From contig CAWCKH010000004.1 in the NCBI GenBank assembly GCA_963796055.1, forward strand, positions 416,001-480,000: a DNA stretch of 64,000 nt. The letters run 5' to 3'. This document shows, in pieces, positions 18,363 to 27,267 of the stretch; position 1 is the stretch's first letter, and every line of letters starts with the position of its first letter. A program made the position numbers and the translations under genes. This DNA comes from an uncultured delta proteobacterium. Its GTDB lineage: Bacteria; Myxococcota; Myxococcia; Myxococcales; Myxococcaceae. Under the pieces are notes generated by a model. That model searched no databases and was not told the DNA's origin. It saw only the letters and a list, made by a program, of their open reading frames with translations.

Positions 18363-18476
18363 CTCGGAAGCGGCCTCCAATCGTTCAGCTCCCGGTGCAA
18401 CGCTGGTTTCGACCGGGGTCTCATCTCCGCAGATGCTACCCCAGCGAACCTCCATCGCTCGTCTTGCCTGCCTCGA

Positions 18477-19658
18477 ATGACAATCGGCGAGACCTGCTGG
18501 CTGGCCGTGGCGGTGGTCGGGCTCGCCTACGCCTGTACCTCCACCTGGGGCACCGCTCGCATCGTGCGCGGAATCCCCGTGTTGCGTGATGACGCCTCCC
18601 CTGCGCCGGAGCACCGGGCACGGGTCTCTCTCATCGTCGCCGCGCGCGACGAGGCCGAGACGCTCGGCCCGGCGGTCCGGAGCCGCCTCGCCGAGGGATA
18701 CCCGGTGCTGGAGGTGGTCCTGGTCGACGATCAATCGACGGACGGGACCGGCGCGGTGGTGGACGCGCTCGCGTCCGAGGATGCGCGGATCCGGGCGGTC
18801 CACCTCACGACGCTTCCTCCCGGATGGCTGGGGAAGCTCCACGCCCTCCGCGAGGGATTGGGCCTGGCCACTGGCGAGTGGCTGCTCTTCAGCGACGCCG
18901 ACGTCCACCTCGCACCGGGGACTCTGCAGCGCGCGGTGGCCTTCGCCGAGGCGCGGGGGCTGGACCATCTCGCGATCCTTCCCCAGCTGCTCCCGGTGAG
19001 CTGGCTGGTCGACGCCGCCCTCGCCTCCTTCTCCCGCTCCGGACTCGTGCTCGGCCGGGTGTGGCTGGTTTCCGATCCACGGTCGACTGTGGGCGGGAGC
19101 GTGGGGGCGTTCGGCCTCGTTCGCCGCTCCGCGCTGGAAGGAACTCCGGGGATCGAGCACCTCCGGCTCGAGGTGGTCGACGACCTGGCGCTCGGCCAGA
19201 TGCTCAAGGCCTCGGGCGCGCGGAGCGCGGTGGTGAACGGGCGGGGCCTGGTGACCCTCACCTACCACCGCTCGCTCGGCGAGATGGCCCGCAGCTCGGA
19301 GAAGGCGGCGGCGCTCTTCGACTACCGCCTCTGGCCGGCACTGTGCTGGACGGCGTCGCTCACCGCGCTGGAGCTCGGGCCGTTCCTCTCAGCGGTCCTC
19401 GCCCCGAGCCCTCTTGCGCGCGGGCTGGGCCTCCTCGGCGGGGCACTTCTGCTCGGGAGCACCGCCTGGATGAGCCGCTTCGCGGGTCAGCGACTCCTCC
19501 CCGCCTTCCTCTCGCCGCTGGGAGTGGTGGTCAACGCCGTGCTGCTGCTCCGGGCAGCGCTGCTCGCCAGGGCGCGGGGAGGCCTGTTATGGCGGTCGAC
19601 CTTGTACCGGCCGGAGGAGCTGCGGCCCGGGCGCCGCGTCAGGGCCCCGTGGAACTGA
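18477..19658 (+). CDS. family 2 glycosyltransferase (HpnB/carotenoid GT-like)
   Basis: AARDEA, VDDQSTDGT, GWLGKLHAL, FSDADV, VDDLALG; N- and C-terminal TM helices. Confidence 0.88.
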   Translation: MTIGETCWLAVAVVGLAYACTSTWGTARIVRGIPVLRDDASPAPEHRARVSLIVAARDEAETLGPAVRSRLAEGYPVLEVVLVDDQSTDGTGAVVDALASEDARIRAVHLTTLPPGWLGKLHALREGLGLATGEWLLFSDADVHLAPGTLQRAVAFAEARGLDHLAILPQLLPVSWLVDAALASFSRSGLVLGRVWLVSDPRSTVGGSVGAFGLVRRSALEGTPGIEHLRLEVVDDLALGQMLKASGARSAVVNGRGLVTLTYHRSLGEMARSSEKAAALFDYRLWPALCWTASLTALELGPFLSAVLAPSPLARGLGLLGGALLLGSTAWMSRFAGQRLLPAFLSPLGVVVNAVLLLRAALLARARGGLLWRSTLYRPEELRPGRRVRAPWN

Positions 19659-19669
19659 CTGTGTCCAAG

Positions 19670-19714
19670 CAGGTGCCCAACGAGGTGCCCCAACGAGGTG
19701 CCAGACACCTCGTT
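19670..19714. terminator. short tandem repeat ending in a hairpin between convergent genes
   Basis: Three imperfect (CAAC)GAGGTGCC copies; AACGAGGTG-CCAGA-CACCTCGTT 9-bp stem at 19692-19714. Confidence 0.4.
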
Positions 19715-19739
19715 ACCCAACCCGGTGGACGCCCGTCAC

Positions 19740-20069
19740 TCAGTGGTGATGGTGGTGAACCGCGTGATGCGGCCAGAACGTCTCGTCGCTGTTCGGGACG
19801 AAGGAGAGGATGAAGAGCAGCGTCGCGGCGAGCACCGTCACGTGAAAGTGGTCGATGTTGGGCAGCACCGCTCCCGACCAGAAGAGCCAGACGGCCACGG
19901 CCACGTTGAGGAACCGCAGCCGCGGAGCCCAGATGGCCATCACCGAGATCACCGCGATCAGTCCTCCCAGAAGCAGGTCGTGCCAGAACACGGCCGATCC
20001 GCTGGGTAGCAGGAAGGCGCTGGCGAACACCGCAGCGCCGAGGAGAACGCTGAGGACTCGAGCGATCAT
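19740..20069 (-). CDS. SPW-repeat-like small membrane protein with a His-rich tail
   Basis: Four short TM helices, WAPRLRFLNVAVAVWLF; ends HHAVHHHHH; GGAGG RBS. Confidence 0.75.
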   Translation of the reverse strand: MIARVLSVLLGAAVFASAFLLPSGSAVFWHDLLLGGLIAVISVMAIWAPRLRFLNVAVAVWLFWSGAVLPNIDHFHVTVLAATLLFILSFVPNSDETFWPHHAVHHHHH

Positions 20070-20193
20070 GACGCACCTCCGCCGCCCACGATCCGTCTCC
20101 GGCGCTCGGGCCACAAGGGGCGCTACACCCAGTACGAGTGGCAGCCGCACACCCAGGCTTGCTCAGTCTCCGTGCCGCCCGCCCAACGACCGC

Positions 20194-21510
20194 TCAGGAG
20201 AGCGGCAACGGCCCGGTGCAGAAGCTCGGGTCTCCGAAGGTGGTGATGCTCGACCCCATGCTCCGGGCCAGCGCAAGCAGGAGATCGTTGTGGCTCGGGT
20301 TGCCGCTGAAACGGAGGAAGCGCCCCATGGTGAGCGCCCCGCCCGCGCCACCGGCGAGCAGATACGGCATCGGCTGGTGGGAATGGACGTTCCCCCGGGC
20401 CAGCTCGTTGACGCAGAACACCAGGGTGTTGTCCAGGACGCTGCCGGTCCCCTCGGGGATCGCCGCCAGCTTGCCTAGGAAGTACGCCAGCTGCTCCATG
20501 TACCAGACGTTGATGCGGGTGAGGTTCTCCACCGTGTCCGCCGCCGAGTCCGCATCGTGCGACATGTCGTGGTGCCCGCGGGCGATGCCCAGCCAGGTGA
20601 AGCGGACCCCGCTGACCGACACCGACCACTGGAGCGTGCCCACCCGGGTGAGGTCACAGGCCAGCGCCTGGGCCATCAGGTCCATCTGCAGCTTGCCCAC
20701 CGCAGGGTAGTTGTCGTTGCTCCAGACGTCGAGCGCCGGCGGAGCCGCGGGCCTGGTGCAGATCCCGGCGGTGGAGAGAACCCGGGTCTCCAGATCCCGC
20801 ACGGTGTCGAAGTGGGACTGGACCTTCTGCCGGTCGGCCGCACCCAGCCTGGGCGCCAGCGCCGAGTACTGGCCGAGCACCGCGTCGAGCACGCTCCTGC
20901 GCTCGGCCTGGAGCCGGGCCAGGGCCGCGGGGTCCGCCGCGTCGGCGAAGAGCCGGGTGAAGACTTGCTTCGGGTCGTTGGCCGGAGGCAGCGGGACGCC
21001 TGCCGAGGCGTAGTTGGCGTAGGACCAGACCTCGGACCCGCCGGACTGCACACCGAGCTCGAGCGAGCGGAACTTGGTGTCCGCGCCCACGGTGCCGGCG
21101 ATCAGCTGGTCGATGGACTGGTTCCCGGCCAGCCCGGCACCGTTGATGTTCCCGGGGAGGAGGTGCGTCCCGGTGAGCATGCACCCCATGCCCTTCTGAT
21201 GGTCGTCCCCTGGTCGCTGCTCGTAGTTCCCCACCTTGACCATCACCCCATCCAGGACCAGCAACCTCGACTGCAACGGCTGCAGCGGGGCGAGGATGCG
21301 GGAGAGGGTGAAGGAGGAGGTGCTGCCGGTGGGCACCCAGTTCTCGTGGATGCTCCCGTTGGGGGTGAACCAGACCACGAACCGGCGAGGCGGGCCGCTC
21401 GGCGCCGCCCGGGCCACCCTGCCCCGAGGAAGCAGCGACTCGAGGAACGGCAGGGCCAGGGTCACCCCTGTGCCCCGGAGCAGCGTCCGTCGGCCGAACC
21501 GGGCGCTCAC
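20194..21510 (-). CDS. DUF1552 family protein (Tat-like signal)
   Basis: GRRTLLRGTGVTLALPFLESL, SIDQLIA, RSVLDAV, ALACDLTRV, VLDNTLV. Confidence 0.9.
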   Translation of the reverse strand: MSARFGRRTLLRGTGVTLALPFLESLLPRGRVARAAPSGPPRRFVVWFTPNGSIHENWVPTGSTSSFTLSRILAPLQPLQSRLLVLDGVMVKVGNYEQRPGDDHQKGMGCMLTGTHLLPGNINGAGLAGNQSIDQLIAGTVGADTKFRSLELGVQSGGSEVWSYANYASAGVPLPPANDPKQVFTRLFADAADPAALARLQAERRSVLDAVLGQYSALAPRLGAADRQKVQSHFDTVRDLETRVLSTAGICTRPAAPPALDVWSNDNYPAVGKLQMDLMAQALACDLTRVGTLQWSVSVSGVRFTWLGIARGHHDMSHDADSAADTVENLTRINVWYMEQLAYFLGKLAAIPEGTGSVLDNTLVFCVNELARGNVHSHQPMPYLLAGGAGGALTMGRFLRFSGNPSHNDLLLALARSMGSSITTFGDPSFCTGPLPLS

Positions 21511-23177
21511 GGGCCACCCCCCTCGCTCACCCGGTAACGGAAGGCATCGGTCTCCACCAGCGAGAGGAACACGTCGCGCATCGTCCAGCCTCGTCCGGCG
21601 AAGCGCGACTCGAGGAGGGCCGTGCTCCCGGTGTCCTCCGGCCCGGGCACCCTCCCGAAGGCGAAGCGGAACCACTGCTGGACCACGCAGTCACGCACTT
21701 GCTGGCTCCGGGACAGGCTCTCTTCAAGCTGGAGGACGCCCTGGAACGGCGCGGAGACGTCGGTGTCCAGCGCCTGGCCGGAGTCGTCGACCGGCTTGCC
21801 GTTCTCCATGGTGCGCGCCTGGCCGATCCCGTCGAACTTCTCGAAGCCGAGTCCGATGGGGTCCATCAACCGGTGGCACACCGAGCAGGCCGGATCGGTG
21901 GAATGCTGCGAGAATCGCTCCCGGGTGGTGAGGTTCGGGTCGAGATCGGGAACCTTGATGCTCACGTTGGCCGGGGGAGGCGGCATCACCGCGCAGAAGA
22001 GCTGTTCTCGGACGAACTTCCCCCGCTGGACGGGGTTGGTCTGGTTGGGCTTGGAGAGCATCGCCAGGATGCTGCCCTGGGTGAGCAGCCCGGCCCGCAC
22101 CGTTCCGGTGGTGTCCACCTTCTGGAAGCCGCTGCCCGTCGGCGCCGGAAGCCCGTAGAAGCCGGCCAGCGTGGCGTCGACCCACGTCGAACGGGCGGAG
22201 AACAGGGAGGAGAGATCTCCCGGCCCGTTCCAGAACACGTCGTCGACGTAGCGGGCGGTCTCCTCGCGCCAGAGCGGGACCAGCGCGGGGCTGAAGGCCG
22301 GGTAGATGGCGGTGTCCTTCTCCAGGGCATCCAGCTTGGAGAGCTTCAGCCATTGCTCGTGGAAGTGGGCCACCGCGGCGTGGGCGCGGGGATCCGCTGC
22401 GAGCCGCTCGGCCTCGGTCCGGATCTGCTCGGCGGTCCGGAGCTGGTCGGCCTCGGCCTTGGCCAGCAGCGCATCGTCGGGCATCGACCCCCAGAGCAGA
22501 TACGAGAGCCGCGAGGCCATCTCCCAGGAGGTGAGCGGCACCACGGATCCGCTGGCCGCGCCCGGCGCCCCGAGCTCCGGGCGGTACAGAAACCCTGGCG
22601 ACATCAGCATCGCCTCGACGACCAGCCGGATCCCGTTCGAAACGTCCTTCTGCTGTCTGCCCACCTGGAACACGCCGAGCAGGGCGGTGGTCTCCTCGGC
22701 GGTCACCGTCCGGCGGAAGGCGCGGCGGCCGAATCCCTGGATGAAGCTCCGGGCACAGCTCTCCTCGGCGGCGGAGTCGGCCAGCGTCCCGGCGGCACAG
22801 GGGGCCAAGGTGGAGAGCTTCTGGACCGCGCGTCCGGCGAGCGTCTCGGCCGCCGCGAGGTACTGCTCGGCGAGCAGCGGGGAGAGCCCGAAGACCTCTC
22901 CGCTGTCGAAGCCCACAGTCTGGTCCTCCACCGGGAAGGCCCGCGCCGGACGGCTGGTGTCGCCCAGGAGGTCGGCGACGGTGTTGTCGTACTCGAAGCG
23001 GGTCAGCCGCCGGAGGAAGCTCGCTCCCGGGTTTGGCGGGGATGGTGCACCGCCGCCGGGGCCGCCCCCACCACCTGGTCCGCTCCCGGAGCCATCCCCG
23101 GCCGAGGTGATCGATCCGGTGCACGACAAGAGGAGCCCGGCGAACAGCACCGGGAGAAGAGGGGAGGAGCGCGTCAT
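21507..23177 (-). CDS. DUF1592/DUF1588/DUF1595/DUF1587/DUF1585 lipoprotein
   Basis: Lipobox LLSC; LRRLTRFEYDNTVADL, ASRLSYLLWGSMPD, TNPVQRG, CSVCH; GTGA overlap with the DUF1552 gene. Confidence 0.9.
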   Translation of the reverse strand: MTRSSPLLPVLFAGLLLSCTGSITSAGDGSGSGPGGGGGPGGGAPSPPNPGASFLRRLTRFEYDNTVADLLGDTSRPARAFPVEDQTVGFDSGEVFGLSPLLAEQYLAAAETLAGRAVQKLSTLAPCAAGTLADSAAEESCARSFIQGFGRRAFRRTVTAEETTALLGVFQVGRQQKDVSNGIRLVVEAMLMSPGFLYRPELGAPGAASGSVVPLTSWEMASRLSYLLWGSMPDDALLAKAEADQLRTAEQIRTEAERLAADPRAHAAVAHFHEQWLKLSKLDALEKDTAIYPAFSPALVPLWREETARYVDDVFWNGPGDLSSLFSARSTWVDATLAGFYGLPAPTGSGFQKVDTTGTVRAGLLTQGSILAMLSKPNQTNPVQRGKFVREQLFCAVMPPPPANVSIKVPDLDPNLTTRERFSQHSTDPACSVCHRLMDPIGLGFEKFDGIGQARTMENGKPVDDSGQALDTDVSAPFQGVLQLEESLSRSQQVRDCVVQQWFRFAFGRVPGPEDTGSTALLESRFAGRGWTMRDVFLSLVETDAFRYRVSEGGGP

Positions 23178-23423
23178 CGGACCGCGCGAAATCCCAGCAA
23201 CGTCGGGGCCATCCGCAGCGCCGGGGCCCGGGGCGGGAGTTCCGGAGGCGTGAGCGCTCGCCGAGTCGACGAGGCGGGGGGTGCTCCCCGCAGCGTGATG
23301 GGGACACCCCGCACCACGCGCCGTCTCCGCGCGAAACACAGGGCGGTCCTGTCGGAATGATGCGCCAGGAACGGTCGCAGCGCGTCCCGACCCCGCTGGG
23401 CTTGGGTTTCGAGGACGCCCCGG

Positions 23424-24287
23424 TCAGCCGGCCGAGATGAGCGCGACGGCCACGCCGGCCAGCGCCAGCCCGGCGCCCTGACGCCTGGCAATGGGCTCCG
23501 CGAGGATCCAGTGCGCGAGCGCCACCGTCACCGCCGGGTACAGCGAGGTGAGCACCGCGACGACGCTCAGCAGCCCGATCCGCGTCGCCAGGAAGTAGCA
23601 GATGAGCGCCACCGCCACCAGGACGCCGATGGCAATTGGCCAGACCCAGGTGAACATCGCACCCGGACGCTCTTCTTCACCGCGGTTCACGGGTCCTGTT
23701 CCGATGAACGGCTGGGCGGCGACCATGACCAGTGTCGACAGCAGCTGGGAGGCCGCCGAGGGCCAGAGTCCCACATCACGCCCCGCGCGCTGGAGCGCGA
23801 TGAAGAGCACGGCGAAGCCCACCCCCGCCAGCACGCCATCGATCACGCTCCCGAGCTCCAGCCCGGGGCGGTGCTTCTCCGACGGCCCACTGGAGACGAG
23901 CCAGACCGCGGGCATCGACAGGACGAGCCCGGAGGCGGCGGCAAGCGACGGACGCTCGCCCGTCGCCAGCCCGAACAGCGCCGGCAACCCTGCGGCGAGC
24001 ACCCCGGAGAGCGGCGCCACCACGCTCATCCGACCGCGAGCGAGCCCGCGGTAGAGGGCCAGCGTTCCCAGTCCACCACCCACACCGGAAATGGCTCCCC
24101 AGCGGAGCGCGGACGCGCTCGCGCCGCCTCCGACCACCCACGCTGCGAGCACCGCCCCCACCGCGGCCGTCAGCTGGGAGATGAGCCCCACCCGCGCGTA
24201 GTGTGTCCGGCGGGACACCCACCCAGCCAGAAAGTCCCCGACGCCGTACGCAATGGCCGCGCCCAGCGCGAGGAGGACGGCGAGCAT
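23424..24287 (-). CDS. EamA/DMT family transporter
   Basis: About 10 TM; YGVGDFLAG, GRMSVVAPL, SLYPAVTVALA..LAE. Confidence 0.9.
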   Translation of the reverse strand: MLAVLLALGAAIAYGVGDFLAGWVSRRTHYARVGLISQLTAAVGAVLAAWVVGGGASASALRWGAISGVGGGLGTLALYRGLARGRMSVVAPLSGVLAAGLPALFGLATGERPSLAAASGLVLSMPAVWLVSSGPSEKHRPGLELGSVIDGVLAGVGFAVLFIALQRAGRDVGLWPSAASQLLSTLVMVAAQPFIGTGPVNRGEEERPGAMFTWVWPIAIGVLVAVALICYFLATRIGLLSVVAVLTSLYPAVTVALAHWILAEPIARRQGAGLALAGVAVALISAG

Positions 24288-24405
24288 CCCCTGTGTCTAG
24301 CTGGCTTCGGGCGAGCCCGCCTGCTCAGCCGTCCCTCTAGTAGGGCGGCCTCGACGGCGAGGGCTAGAGCTCTGCTCCTCCGCGCGCGTGGAGGAGATAC
24401 AAGGC

Positions 24406-24900
24406 TCAGGGGACGGGCTTCTCGTATCGCCGGCAGGGAACGGAGACCGGTCCGCTGCTGGTCTCAGCGCCGTAGTCGAGGTACCCGGCGTCGACCCAGC
24501 CCTGCCGGGCGTAGAACCGGCGCGCCCGGGCGTTGCCCACTGCCACCGCCAGCCAGGCGAGTGGGTGGTGGGCGGCGATCAGCTTCTCCCCGTGCCGGAG
24601 CAAGGTGGCGGCCACGCCGGTGCCCCGCGCCAATCCGTCGACGTACAGCTGCTCGATCTCGTCGACGTGCACCGTGACGAAGCCGACCACCCGGGAGTCG
24701 AGCGTGGCAACCGTGGTCGTCGGTAGCCGCGGGGGCACCCGCTTGCGGAAGTCGCTCAGCTGGCGATGGGCGTGGAGCGCTTCGGGCACGTGCCCGAGGT
24801 GGCCGTCAATCCACCCACGATGCCAGACGGTGGCGATCTCCTCCACATCCTCCGGGGTCGCCGGCCGCAGCGTGAAGCGCGAAGCGTCGGGAGCCGTCAT
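24406..24900 (-). CDS. GNAT N-acetyltransferase
   Basis: LYVDGLARGTGVA, GNARARRFYARQGW; GGAGG RBS. Confidence 0.9.
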   Translation of the reverse strand: MTAPDASRFTLRPATPEDVEEIATVWHRGWIDGHLGHVPEALHAHRQLSDFRKRVPPRLPTTTVATLDSRVVGFVTVHVDEIEQLYVDGLARGTGVAATLLRHGEKLIAAHHPLAWLAVAVGNARARRFYARQGWVDAGYLDYGAETSSGPVSVPCRRYEKPVP

Positions 24901-24937
24901 CGACTTCCTCCTGCAAGAACGACGGGGCCGGACGGGT

Positions 24938-25702
24938 TCAGCAGTACTCGGCAGAGGAGAGTAGCGTGCCCGGAGACGACCGGGTGATGAAGCGGAACTC
25001 GCGGGTGAAGTGCGCCTGGTCGTAGTAGCCGGCTTCCAGCGCCAGCTCCCCCAGCGAGGCGCGCGGCCGATGGAGCGCCACTGCCCTCCGGAAACGGAGG
25101 ATGGACGCGAGCTGCTTGGGGGTGGCGCCCACGCGCCGCCGAAAGCGCCTCTCCAGCAGGTCCTGGCTGACGCCGAGGGTGTGGGCAATCCCGCCGATCC
25201 GCGCGGTCCCGTGCGAGGCGCGGAGCAGCCGGACCGCCCCGGCGACCAGCGGGTCGGCCTCCGGACGGAGACGCGCGGTCAGGAAGCGCTCCAGTGCCGC
25301 GGCCCGCTCCCGGTCGTCCGAGGCACGTCCGACCTCGTCGACGAGCCGTGCGACCTGCGCCGCCGGCAGAACGTCGTCCAGAGGGAGGATGGCGCCGAAC
25401 AGAGGGTGAAGAGGGACGCCGAGCAGCGCCGCCGCCCCGGTCTCGGTGAACTTGGCCACCACCACGCCCCCGCCGGCGGCGGTCCGCATGAGGCGGGCGG
25501 TCGATCGGAAGCCGGTGAGCGCTGCGGGAGCGAGCGGCTTCGAGGACCCCTCCACCGCCGACTCTCCGGCGTAGCGAACCCCGAGGATGAGCCCGGGTTC
25601 CGGCAGGAGAGTCCGGGTGATTGGGGCGGAGGTCTCGACGACCTCGAGGCGGTGGAGGTAGGGCGCGAGCGCCGCGGGAGGAGCGACCGTCCTGACGGTC
25701 AC
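24938..25702 (-). CDS. AraC family transcriptional regulator
   Basis: LERRFRRRVGATPK and GYYDQAHFTREF HTH motifs; GTG start inferred. Confidence 0.88.
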   Translation of the reverse strand: MTVRTVAPPAALAPYLHRLEVVETSAPITRTLLPEPGLILGVRYAGESAVEGSSKPLAPAALTGFRSTARLMRTAAGGGVVVAKFTETGAAALLGVPLHPLFGAILPLDDVLPAAQVARLVDEVGRASDDRERAAALERFLTARLRPEADPLVAGAVRLLRASHGTARIGGIAHTLGVSQDLLERRFRRRVGATPKQLASILRFRRAVALHRPRASLGELALEAGYYDQAHFTREFRFITRSSPGTLLSSAEYC

Positions 25703-25798
25703 CGCCGGGCTCGATCCGGGTTCCTGGCTGGCCGGAAGCGCGCGCACCCCGAATTCGTACAAGGCGGCCGGCTGCGGCGCCGGCAAAACGTCCTCGCG

Positions 25799-26245
25799 AT
25801 GCGAATCCTTCACCAGCTCACCGCCATCGCCGCGCTGTCGGTCTGCCTCGGCTGGACCGACGCTCGGCAACCCACGAGGACCGACCCCATGAATCGCTTC
25901 GATGCACTCTTCGACGACCATCCCGATGCCCAGGTGCTGGTCGACCGCTTCGTCGTTCCGCTCGCCGCGCGGGGCGAGCTCGAGGCGGCCATGCGCCGGA
26001 ACACCACCTTCCTCGCGACCCTGCCAGGATTCCTCGGCCATCTCGTCCTGGAGCGGGACCGGGACGCGACCCACCGAGAGCTGATCACGGTGGTCGCCTG
26101 GCGGGACGCCCCCTCGATCGAGCATGCGCGCCAGGAGGTCCGTGCCTACTACCAGCAGATCGGCTTCGACATGCCGGCGGCGTTGGGCCGCTGGGGGGTG
26201 ACGCTCGAACGAGGCACCTACTCCGCGCCGCGGTCGGAGCGCTGA
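25799..26245 (+). CDS. antibiotic biosynthesis monooxygenase (ABM)-like protein with a signal peptide
   Basis: VDRFVVP, FLATLPGFLG, ITVVAW; divergent from the AraC gene. Confidence 0.75.
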   Translation: MRILHQLTAIAALSVCLGWTDARQPTRTDPMNRFDALFDDHPDAQVLVDRFVVPLAARGELEAAMRRNTTFLATLPGFLGHLVLERDRDATHRELITVVAWRDAPSIEHARQEVRAYYQQIGFDMPAALGRWGVTLERGTYSAPRSER

Positions 26246-26249
26246 GTCG

Positions 26250-26558
26250 CCGGCAGGCGAAGGTCTTCTTCCTCAAGCTGTTCGGGGTCTACCGCGCCTG
26301 GGTGTATCCCTCCCCTTCCCGGGCCCGCTCGAGTCGGTGGCGAAGATGAGCGTGCTCGGCCTGGCCGGACCGTGCCTGGTCCTCGGGGTCCAGGCGGCGA
26401 CGTACATCCTCGAGGCCAAGCAGGCGCTCGCCCGGGCCGAGGCACGCGCCGCATCGCTCGCGCTGCAGGCACAGCTCCAGCCCCACACCATCTTCAACGC
26501 CCTCAACGGGATCATCGCCCTGATCGGAACCGATCCGCGGGCGGCCGAGGCGGCCATG
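26250..26558 (+). pseudogene. LytS/YesM-type sensor histidine kinase remnant
   Basis: TM segment then ALQAQLQPHTIFNALNGIIALIGTDPRAAEAAM (H-box); no HATPase domain follows. Confidence 0.75.
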
Positions 26559-26600
26559 CCCGTGCGACCGTTGCTCCTCATCCCGCTGGTTGCTCCGTGG

Positions 26601-27080
26601 CTACTTTGGCGCCGGGCCCGGCGGCCGCAGGTTGACCTCGCGGATGTACGAGGTGCCGATGAACTTTCGCATGGCCAGCCTTGGCCGGCTCAGTTCGCGC
26701 TGCTTGTCCTCGTCGGAGGTCTTGTAGTGCTTGGCGGCAATGGCCTTGAACTTGTCGTCGTCGCCCTTGTCGTAGTCCATCGCCTTGCCGAAGCTCGGAT
26801 ACAGGGAGCAGATCAACACGTCCCAGTCGGTGGGCTCCCGCGGCGTCTGCAGGAAGATCTTGGTGTCCAGCACCAACCCCTGCTTCTTCGCTTCCTGGGT
26901 GGTCGGAAGGAACTGACCGCGCAGCCACTTCATGTAGGCATCGAACTGGCCCGGCTCCGTCCGGTACGCCGAGCACTCCCAGACTGGCCCCTCGGTGTAG
27001 TGCTCCTGCGCCCTCGCGCTTCCTGCCGCGAGGAGAAGGACGCCGGTCACTGCGCTGGCAACGACCCGTACGACGTTCAT
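26601..27080 (-). CDS. secreted hypothetical protein (dimeric alpha-beta barrel-like)
   Basis: Signal peptide ending ARA-Q; strong GC3 coding pattern; GGAGGGGAG RBS. Confidence 0.85.
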   Translation of the reverse strand: MNVVRVVASAVTGVLLLAAGSARAQEHYTEGPVWECSAYRTEPGQFDAYMKWLRGQFLPTTQEAKKQGLVLDTKIFLQTPREPTDWDVLICSLYPSFGKAMDYDKGDDDKFKAIAAKHYKTSDEDKQRELSRPRLAMRKFIGTSYIREVNLRPPGPAPK

Positions 27081-27267
27081 CGAGCTCTCCCCTCCAGATG
27101 CCGGACATCGGTATCCGGCATGGTCCGCACCCAGTCCCGGAGCCGACCGGCGCTTTAGGGCCCCTGAACGGGCGGCGTTGACCTCATTTCGAGCCCATGG
27201 AGCCTCCGCTGGCACTACGCTCGCCGGCCGCCTGTGCTAGGTCCGCATCCTCTTCGGGGAGGGGTGC

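Noticed and set aside
26337..27158. 273-aa ORF as an intact sensor kinase
   Set aside because: Only the first 70 or so residues resemble a kinase; the rest is antisense to a well-formed secreted-protein gene.
27210..27224. TGGCAC-N5-TCGC as a sigma54 promoter of the POT transporter
   Set aside because: The -12 element is weak (TCGC) and there is no other support; too uncertain to call.
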